Origin: Octopus sinensis
Taxonomy: Eukaryota
Direction of reading: 5' to 3'
Length of the DNA stretch: 64,000 nucleotides
Assembly (NCBI RefSeq): GCF_006345805.1
Contig: NC_043004.1
Coordinates: forward strand, 80,786,001 to 80,850,000
Part shown: positions 54,831 through 64,000 of the stretch, piece by piece
How positions within the stretch are numbered: the stretch's first letter is position 1
Layout of the letters: each line of letters begins with the position of its first letter
The notes under the pieces: generated by a model
The model's input: only the letters and a program-made list of their open reading frames with translations
Databases searched by the model: none
Told to the model about the DNA's origin: nothing
Program-made: the position numbers and the translations under genes

Positions 54831-56129
54831 GTTGGCAACCTGTTAACTCTGGTGTGTAAGTGGTTCGCTTACCAAAGACTCAAAAGTAAGAAAGCGGCGA
54901 AATGGTGGAGTCGTTCAAGAGTCAGAGAGAATGTCTCTCTGTATTCGTTCCAAATCTCTGTTCTGAGTTCTAATTACGCCAATGTCTACTCTGATTTTCT
55001 TTTTTCCTGGTTGTGCGGCGTTCATCTGTCTAGTTGTGCATATTATTATCATTGTTATAAGGGTGAATGTATTTATATTACTTACTTGTACTTGTGGCGA
55101 CATTCACCCTGGGCGGGTTGAGTCGGCTTCTTCTACTCATGGAAGAAGTTTCGTGGGAATATGTGGATTTCACAAGCGGTCCCCAACAATCCCGCATGTG
55201 GAGACATCCTGTTTGCCGCAGATTGTCCGCAGACGCAGGGACAGAACGACCGAGGAGCTGCCGGTTGCCGAAACAGACACTCCGAGGATTTTCACCAGAG
55301 CCCCGTCTGCCGGGTTGTGGCCCTAATACCACTCGGTGTCGGACCAATCCGCCTTGGGTGGCCCTACCAGGAACCGAAGTTCCCGACGGCATAGCTCTGA
55401 CACTACCCGTTGCCAGCGTCCCCACCACGGGGAGGAGGGGATGAACTTTGGGGACGCATTTATATACAGGTATACGGTTCAAAAATAGTACAAAAAAATA
55501 AGACAGGTGAAGGAGCAACAAACAAGGTGTATTAGTCTGACACTCATGCAAAAGTGATAAAATCATCGACGTTCCTACGCTGCCCTAGTGAAAGGACTGA
55601 GAAGACAAAACAGATGAAGAAAGGAAAACTGGAGAGAAAGAAGTGTGTGTGTGTATTAATGGAAGTGTACAGTATTATATATCCATTACAGCTACTCTTA
55701 CGAATCAGTTTTGCACCGAGGGTTCAACGGGGTGTCAGATAACATCCCGATTATGTAAATTCGCGCTCATCAGGGTTGCATAATCTGGCTGTTGCCTAAC
55801 ACTCCGTTGAATTCCTAATGCTCCGTAAGATTGGTTATAATGGATATATAATACTATACACTTCGATTACTATATCCACTCTGTTGGTAAAAATATAGCA
55901 GTGCATATTTATTTTGGCTTATGGATTCTTACAAGGTATATATAATAATATAAATGATATATATATAGGTGCAGGAGTGGCTGTGTGGTAAGTAGCTTGC
56001 TTACCAATCACATGCATATATATATATATACGTACATACATATATATGTATATATGTACATATATGTACATACATATATATGTATATATATGCATATATG
56101 TACATACATATATGTGCATATATGGGTAC

Positions 56130-56570
56130 AGGACGTCACAAAACGTTATCGACATGGATTACGAAATACGAAAACAACATGAAATACGAGGTCAAACTTG
56201 GGTTTGCGAGCAACGAGAGAAAGAAATGGAAAACAAGACGAGTAACATAAAGAACGACACTTCATCGGTTGTCGGCTGTTCATCCACTCCACATTTCGAG
56301 CAATTAACAACAATATGAGGCTTCGAAAAACAGTTGCTGCCGTGGACCAAAATAAAATTTGGGCTTTTGCGGAAGGTCAAAGGTGATAACAAAAGCAGGA
56401 CAGTGGAGACATACAACAAACCAAATGAAAACAAACATGGAGGGTGGGGCGTTAGGCCAGACGAGGTAAGGTAGTGAGCGGTGGAGGAATATTCTTTGAC
56501 AAGAGAAAAGATATGAGAGGAGACAGATAAGAATGCGACTGGTCTGTGCGATAGACTGGGAAAGAAAGAT
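56130..56570 (-). mobile_element. Dispersed repeat (Penelope-derived-like); homologues at 60730-61200 (minus) and 57480-57660 (plus, partial)
   Basis: Shared AAACAACATGAAATACGA, CAACGAGAGAAA, TTTCGAGCA, ACCAAAATAAAATTTGG, GGAGACATACAA blocks. Confidence 0.65.
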
Positions 56571-56615
56571 GATCATATATATATATATATATATATATAT
56601 TTTATTTTATAGAAG

Positions 56616-56715
56616 GAGCTTCTACAGGACTAGAAATGTTTCATTCAAAAGAAATCATCAGGAAGCATCCTGATGATTTCTTTTGAATGAAACAGTTCTA
56701 GTCCTGTAGAAGCTC
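56616..56715. repeat. Palindrome, ~48-bp arms, 4-nt loop
   Basis: GAGCTTCTACAGGACTAG...CATCAGGA agca TCCTGATG...CTAGTCCTGTAGAAGCTC; one mismatch. Confidence 0.92.
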
Positions 56716-56820
56716 TTTTATAAATTAAATTAATTTACTCTGCTATGTATTGAGTACCTTATTTACTGTGGTTAACCCCGACTCAACCCGGGACCTACAT
56801 ATATATATATATATATATAT

Positions 56821-56863
<43 letters not shown>

Positions 56864-57000
56864 TGGCTGTGAGGCTAGTAGCTTGCTTACAACCACATGG
56901 TTTGTAAGCACATGGTCTCCAGCTGGCTTTAGACACCATTTCAGTGCCCTTGAAGTATTTGCAAAGGGAGGCCATCCCTTTCTCGCAAGCCTGAGTGATA

Positions 57001-57043
57001 CACTCGGACTAGTTTCGAGATTATTGTCTCTTATCAACGGGCG
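57001..57043 (-). ncRNA. Minimal type I hammerhead motif with U3-A8 core variant
   Basis: CGCCCG UUGAUAA GAGA CAAUAA UCUC GAAA CUAG UC CGAGUG; palindromic ACUAGU stem III, GUC triplet, 5 of 6 pairs in stem I. Confidence 0.65.
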
Positions 57044-57140
57044 GTAACCACCAGGTCGTGATGAAAGACAAGGCTGCTTTGCAAATATATAAGAGTTTTT
57101 CTAGTGACGTCTGCCACTGATTTCGAAAAACCTACTGTAA

Positions 57141-57468
57141 GCATTATTAAATCTCAGAATGAGATGTAAACAGTAATCGCTCGATAATGTAAAGTATAGA
57201 AGCCATCTTAATATGGCTAACCACAAAGCGGAGGGGGTGTTACTGTAGCTTTTTAGCCCCAGGAGATCATCGTCTCCAGCTGGCTTTAGACACTATTTCA
57301 GTGCCCTGAAATGGTGTGTCTAAAGCCAGCTGGAGACGATGATCTCCTGGTGCTATAAAGCTACAGTAACACCCCCTCCCCTTTGTGGTTAGCCATATTA
57401 AGATGGCTTCTATACTTTACATTATCGAGCGATTACTGTTTACATCTCATTCTGAGATTTAATAATGC
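57141..57468. repeat. Long palindrome, ~160-bp arms, 4-6 nt loop
   Basis: Arms match with few mismatches; centre TTCAGTGCCCTGAA at ~57297-57310; arm end also at 56906-56950 and related sequence at 16844-16985. Confidence 0.95.
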
Positions 57469-57915
57469 CTATATATATCTCTTCGAAACACGCTGGAGTT
57501 GAACTAGGGACAGCTGATGAAGGGGAATTTTCCTTGTGTAGTTTGTCTTATACTCTGTTTTTTCGTTGTTAAAAAAGGTCCGTTTCCATGTTTGTTTTTA
57601 CGTTTTCGTTTCTCGTTGAATTCTACGTCTATTTGGTGGTGTCTGTACTCACGTATAATATTTATATGCATGTATATATACTGTAGATGTAGGTACGTAT
57701 ATATGTATGTATGTATGCATATATTTTATTTATTACACTATATATATATATATTATAATATATATATATATATATATACATATATAAGTGGCTGAAGATT
57801 GCTCGACATTTCAAAACTGATGTAATACTTACAGTGTTTAATAAAATGAAGTAGCATGAAACAATTTTACGACTCTACCTTGGATATACTTGTTGCTTAT
57901 CTTGATTATATATAC

Positions 57916-57947
<32 letters not shown>

Positions 57948-57989
57948 GTGTGTGTGTGTACATATATATATACATATGTACATGATTTT

Positions 57990-58145
57990 TTTCCTGTCTT
58001 CCCTTCTTTGGATCATTACTTCTCCTATGTTTCCGACGAAACGTTAAACCCTCCTTCTTTCCTTCTTTCCTGAGCGTCCAATAATACTATATTTGTTTCA
58101 CGTCCTCGCGTTGTCGTGTTTTTTTGTGCTTTCTTGTTTGGATTA
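57990..58145 (+). mobile_element. Short repeat of the 61855-62030 family with hammerhead stem II deleted
   Basis: CCGACGAA|ACGTTAAACCCTCC versus full CCGACGAAGAGCTCCGCTCGAAACGTTAAAACCCTCC. Confidence 0.7.
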
Positions 58146-58562
58146 ACTCTTTTACTCTTTTACTTGTTTCAGTCATTTGACTGCGGCCATGCTGGAACAC
58201 CGCCTTTAGTCGAGCAAATCGACCCCAGGACTTATTCTTTGTAAGCCCAGTACTTATTCTATCGGTCCCTTTTGCCGAAGTGCTAAGTGACGGAGACGTA
58301 AACACACCAGCATCGGTTGTCAAGCAGGCTAGGGGGACAAACACAGACACACAAACACACACACACACACACAATATTATATTATATTATATATATATAC
58401 GACAGGCTTCTTTCAGTTTCGTCTACCAAATCCACTCACAAGGCATTGGTCCGCCCGGGGCTATAGCAGAAGACACTTGCCCAAGATGCCACGCAATGGG
58501 ACTGAACCCGGAACCATGTGGTTGGTTAGCAAGCTACTTACCACACAGCCACTCCTGCGCCT
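58145..58562 (-). mobile_element. SINE family D
   Basis: Reverse of family consensus. Confidence 0.88.
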
Positions 58563-58565
58563 AAC

Positions 58566-58615
<50 letters not shown>

Positions 58616-59049
58616 TATCATATACTATAATATATATATACATGTACATATGTGTGTGTATATATATATATATGTATATATGTATATATTCAAGAATATT
58701 CCTCGCTCTCTATTTCTCTCATTCTCTCAAATACGTTTTACCTCCCTTTCTCTCCACCCCTCTCTCTCCCCCTCTTTCTCTCTCTTATTCACACTTCCCT
58801 GTTTTCCCTTCATCGACACTCTGCCTCCTCCTCTCACCACCTCCACTCACGCCCCCACCACGAACACCATCACACCACCACCACCTTCACCTCCATCTTC
58901 CTCCTCAACTGTTGCTGCCGCTGCCGTTCTTTTCCCGCCATTCAACCATCACCCTCCAATGGGATTCAAATCCATGATTCATCAATACCTGACTCCAGAT
59001 TAACTGATGCGTGAAAATAGGGAAGGATAAGTCGGGGGTGGAAAGGAGA

Positions 59050-59690
59050 GCGACGGTGGTGGTGGTGGTGGGTAGATCGTGTTAATTGTGTTGAGCCACT
59101 GCTGGTGGCAGCACTGACAGTGATGATGGTGAGGGTGGTGGTGGTAGTGGTGGCGGTGGTGGCGGTGGTGGTGGTCGTCGTCGTCGTGGTGACGGTGTTG
59201 GTGGTGGTGTTTGTGGTGATGGTCATATTGTTGGTTGTTAGAGCGGTGGTGTGGTATGTTGTGGTGGTGGCGGCGGTGGTGGTGGTGGTTGTGGTGACTG
59301 TGGTGGATAGGAGTTGTTGCTGCTGCTCTTACAGGTGGTGGTGGTGGTGGTGGTAGTAGTAGTTGTACTGGCGGTGGCAGTGGCGGCGGTGATTGTGGTG
59401 GTTGTGGTGGAGGTGGCGGTAGTGGTTGTTTTGGCGGTGGCGTTGGTAGTTAGTGACTTTACGAACTTTGAGTCAGCAACAGAGGAGGAGGAGGAGGAGG
59501 AGGAAATTAAGATGATGATGATGATGGTGGTGATGTTGACGACGATGACGATGATGATGATGATGATGATGATGATGATAATGGCAGTGGTGATGATGAT
59601 GATAATGGTGATGACGATGATGACGGTGTAGATGATGATGATAAAAATACGGAGAAGAGGAGGAAGATGAGAGGAAGGAGATGATGAGTG
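59050..59690. repeat. Compound (GGT)n/(GAG)n/(GAT)n low-complexity tract
   Basis: Directly visible. Confidence 0.92.
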
Positions 59691-60216
59691 AGGGTGGTGG
59701 TATTGTTTAGCCGACTCTAGTTCAATCCAGATGGAGCATTCCATCCGTGACCATACCGTTTATTTTGTTTTCCTTGTTCTTTTCTTTTACATCTTTCATT
59801 CATTGGACTGTGGCCATACTGGGGCATCGCCTTGAAGAACTGTAGCCAAACGGATCGATCCCCCACCCCAATACTTACATTTACGTTATGTTGGCGTTTA
59901 TTCTATCGGCTTTTATTGCCGAAACGTTAATATTATAAGGACGCAAAGAAACCAACATCGGTTTTCAAGTGGTGACTGTTCGTCAAACACACACAAATAC
60001 AAGATTTGAAATACACGAAGGCAAGTGTCGTCTACTATAGCCTCGGGCTGACCAAAGGTGGAAACAACAGGCTTTGATCACAAAAGAAACAATTGTTTCT
60101 GCGCATCAGTAACACCTGTTTCTTTATTATACATATTATAATACAAATATATAAATATAATCCAGCAATGACTATGTACTCACACGTCATCAGGTGAGTG
60201 ACTTTGAGAGAGCTGC

Positions 60217-60248
<32 letters not shown>

Positions 60249-60314
60249 ATGTGTGTGTGTGTGTGGTGTGTGTGTGTGTGTGTGTGTATGTGTGTGCGTG
60301 TGCGTGTATGTGTA

Positions 60315-60502
60315 TAATATAATATGGGACAATTATTTGGTTGCCATAATAAAACTCCAAATTTCGGATGTCGGGGTAGAAATCTGCTCCGGCATCTCGT
60401 CAGTTATTAAGACAAACAAAAATGCCGGAGCAGATTTCCACCCCATCACTCGAAACACGGAGTTTTATTATGCCAACCGAATAATTGTCACATATTATAT
60501 TA
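60315..60502. mobile_element. Fold-back element, ~80-bp imperfect arms, 26-nt spacer
   Basis: Outer TAATATAATATG.GACAATTATT.GGTTG.CATAATAAAACTCC and inner GGGGT.GAAATCTGCTCCGGCAT both have inverted partners. Confidence 0.8.
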
Positions 60503-60654
60503 CAGATAAATTCCTCTATTTACATAATATCGAGGTTTATTCACCCTTTGGTTGTCGTACTTACTTTTAAATATATATATATAATATATATATATATATA
60601 TCTGTTTGTTGTTTACACACACCCGTCTTCGTCTTTTATCTTTTTTTGTAAATA

Positions 60655-60704
<50 letters not shown>

Positions 60705-61239
60705 CATAAACTCACACGCATATATAGGGATACAGAACGTCACCAAACAGTAAACAACATGAAATACGAAAACAAGTGAGTTTAATACGCAAACAACGAG
60801 AGAAACAAATGGAAAACATGACAAGTAATACAAAGAACGACCCTTTGTCTGTTGTCGGTTGTCTATCGACTCCTCATTTCGAGCATTCAACGGCAATATG
60901 AGTCTTCGAAGACAATTGCTCTTATAAGTACCAAAATAAAATTTGGCATTTATGGAGGGTCAAAGTTGGGAACAAAAACAGGATAGTGGAGACATACAAG
61001 GAAACCGAACGGAAACGAACATGAAGGGTCGTTAGAGCAGAACGAGGGTAAAAATAGCTGACGTTGGGGAAATATTTTCATTGACAAGCGAAAAGATAGG
61101 ATACGTGCTGTTCTTACGAATGTCGTGAAAGAAAAGATAGAAAGATGATCACGTGAGAAAGAGAAAGATGGACGATGGTCATGTGTGAGCAACGAGAGAG
61201 AGAGAGATAAGCGAAGAGGGAGAAATAAAAAAAAAAAAC

Positions 61240-61400
61240 GAAGAACAAACACATTAAAAAAAAAAAACAACGTGGTACATGTAAAATATTATCAGACGCT
61301 CAGGGAAGGAAAGAAAGGTACTTTTACGTTTCGAGCAAAGCTCTTCTTCAGAAACAGGAGACAGAGGAAAGTCCAAAAGAAAAGGAAGCCGGACGAATGA
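61240..61400 (-). mobile_element. Short repeat with minimal hammerhead (61322-61354, core CUGAAGA)
   Basis: UUU CUGAAGA A GAGC UUU GCUC GAAA CG UA AAA; shares ACGCTCAGG flank with 52082, 61855 and 62228 copies. Confidence 0.68.
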
Positions 61401-61854
61401 GTAAAACAGCTAGTTTTAAGTCTCGGAATGCCATCTAAGTAGTAACTATACTTCACAGTAAAACGACAATATGAGTTTTCGGAGACAGTTGGTCTCATAC
61501 GTACCAAAATAAAATTTGCCAACTTAAAGTGGCAGTCCTGCATAGGACCATCGTTACTATCTTTTAACCGCAGGAAAACATCTTTCCCAGTTCTAGAGGA
61601 AACTGTGTTCGCTCCTAACGGTTGTCAATGCCGGCTAGCCACAGTGAATGTTAATGAAACTCAAGTTAGTTAAAATTGACAATGCTCGGTTAGTTTGCAG
61701 CGGAAATGCGTGTAGGTCTTGGCGAAGAACGATATAATTAACTGTAAAATAACACTTAGCTGTGCAAATCTCCATGCTCCAGCATGGCCACAGCTGCATA
61801 GCTGAAGCGAGTAAAAAATATAAGAATATATATATATATATATATATATAAAGT

Positions 61855-62030
61855 TAAGCAAACAAGAAAACACAGAAAAAAACACAGCAACGCGAGGACG
61901 TGGAACAATTAAAGCATTATTTGACGCTCAGGAAAGAAGGGAAGGAGGGTTTTAACGTTTCGAGCGGAGCTCTTCGTCGGAAAAAGGAGAAGGAAAGATC
62001 CCGAGAAGGGAAGACAGAGGAAAAAGATAT
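61855..62030 (-). mobile_element. Short repeat with hammerhead-like motif (61950-61984, core CCGACGA)
   Basis: UUUU CCGACGA A GAGC UCC GCUC GAAA CG UU AAAA; truncated copy at 49335-49410. Confidence 0.65.
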
Positions 62031-62227
62031 ATTTGCTGGTGGTGCTCAAGAGATCACATGTTGAAAGAACAGAAGTGAAAGGTAGACGAATCATGATTTT
62101 TAAAAAAGAGAGGTTTCAAAGACAAGGAATGTGTGTGGGTGCGTGGGTTGTGTGTGGTGTGTGTAAGGATGACAAGTGTGTTTGTGCGTGCGTGCGTGTG
62201 TGTGGTGTATGTATGTATATATATAGG

Positions 62228-62410
62228 GATAGTTTACGAAAAAAAAAAAGCAACAAAAGACGAAGACAGGCGGTGTACACAACAAACAGATGTATTAGTA
62301 TAACGCTCAGGAATAGAAAATGTCTTTTACGTTTCGAGCCTACGCTCTTCTACAGAAAGAGACACAGAAAAAAAACAAAGAGAGAAACAAGAGAGAAAAA
62401 AAATGTGAGT
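62228..62410 (-). mobile_element. Short repeat with minimal hammerhead (62323-62360, core CUGUAGA)
   Basis: UCUUU CUGUAGA A GAGC GUAG GCUC GAAA CG UA AAAGA; 5-bp stem I. Confidence 0.72.
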
Positions 62411-63074
62411 AGTGGCTAACGATCTATCATGGCGACTGACTTCGGACAGATGGGTCATACATATATATATATAGTCGCAGCAAGACACATTTTTTTCTCA
62501 GTCTGCCCCAAGGCATTTTTCTAACACGCCAGCTCAAAGTTTACTCGTCCTGTCGAAAAGACGCCTGTCTGTGACGTCCTGTTTTTGTTATTATTATTAT
62601 CATTGTTTTTACGTATTTTTGTATTCTTATTCGTGTAACATCGTCCGTTTTTCCATCCTTGTTTTGTATACATTCGAGGCTTTCTTCCAAGGATCTAATG
62701 CGCTTGGCTTAGATTTTCCTTTGGGGCTGGTCAGATCGGAGCAATCTCAAGATTAATCAGCCGAAATTGCGAGGATGATCCGGTTCTTGACTGAAGATTG
62801 AAGGCTTCGAATGTCCCGTCCGTGTTTTTTGTATCGTCTTCCAAATGTTTTGCGTTCTTGTCCCAGTTTGTATCTTTTTACATATACATATGTATATTGC
62901 AGCGTGGAAGGTGTTTGTAAGCCATTTAAGAAACACACAAAAGCCGTTCGATTCACTTCAACATATATATATATATATATAAGCAATACCGAACACACAT
63001 ACACAAGGTGTGTGTTTTGCCAGTTCACGAGCAAGATGCGAATGTACACACAAGACAATATATTCTCATCATGT

Positions 63075-64000
<926 letters not shown>

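Noticed and set aside
55730-55780. Minus-strand CUGAUGA-GCGC-GAAU motif
   Set aside because: No stem II loop, GAAU instead of GAAA and only 2 bp of stem I; similar weak matches near 25150, 33965, 34145 and 60095 were also dropped.

Overview
AT-rich eukaryotic DNA dominated by microsatellites and transposon debris. The SINE families and microsatellite style resemble an Octopus genome (inference from recalled repeat families, not a search). No intact protein-coding gene can be confirmed, and most ORFs in the track are translated simple repeats. Supported elements: a full-length frameshifted mariner (DD34D, 37-bp TIRs, TA TSD); a 5'-truncated RLE-type LINE (Dong/R4-like) inserted in (AAT)n; two more RLE-LINE 3' ends sitting in (CATA)n; hAT, Tc1/mariner, CR1/L2-like and Penelope remnants; a probable Helitron 3' end; several MITEs and palindromes; many copies of at least four tRNA-derived SINE families; and a 5'-truncated U6 snRNA copy fused to a SINE head. 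The most interesting signal is a set of minimal type I hammerhead ribozyme motifs, folded by hand. One has a fully canonical core (32653-32756), one has a U3-A8 covariant core (57001-57043), and several repeat subfamilies carry fixed variant cores. A short element also joins a tRNA-like Pol III head to a hammerhead-bearing tail. Together these suggest a population of non-autonomous, Penelope-dependent, retrozyme-like elements. A few weak splice-compatible exon candidates lie on the minus strand.
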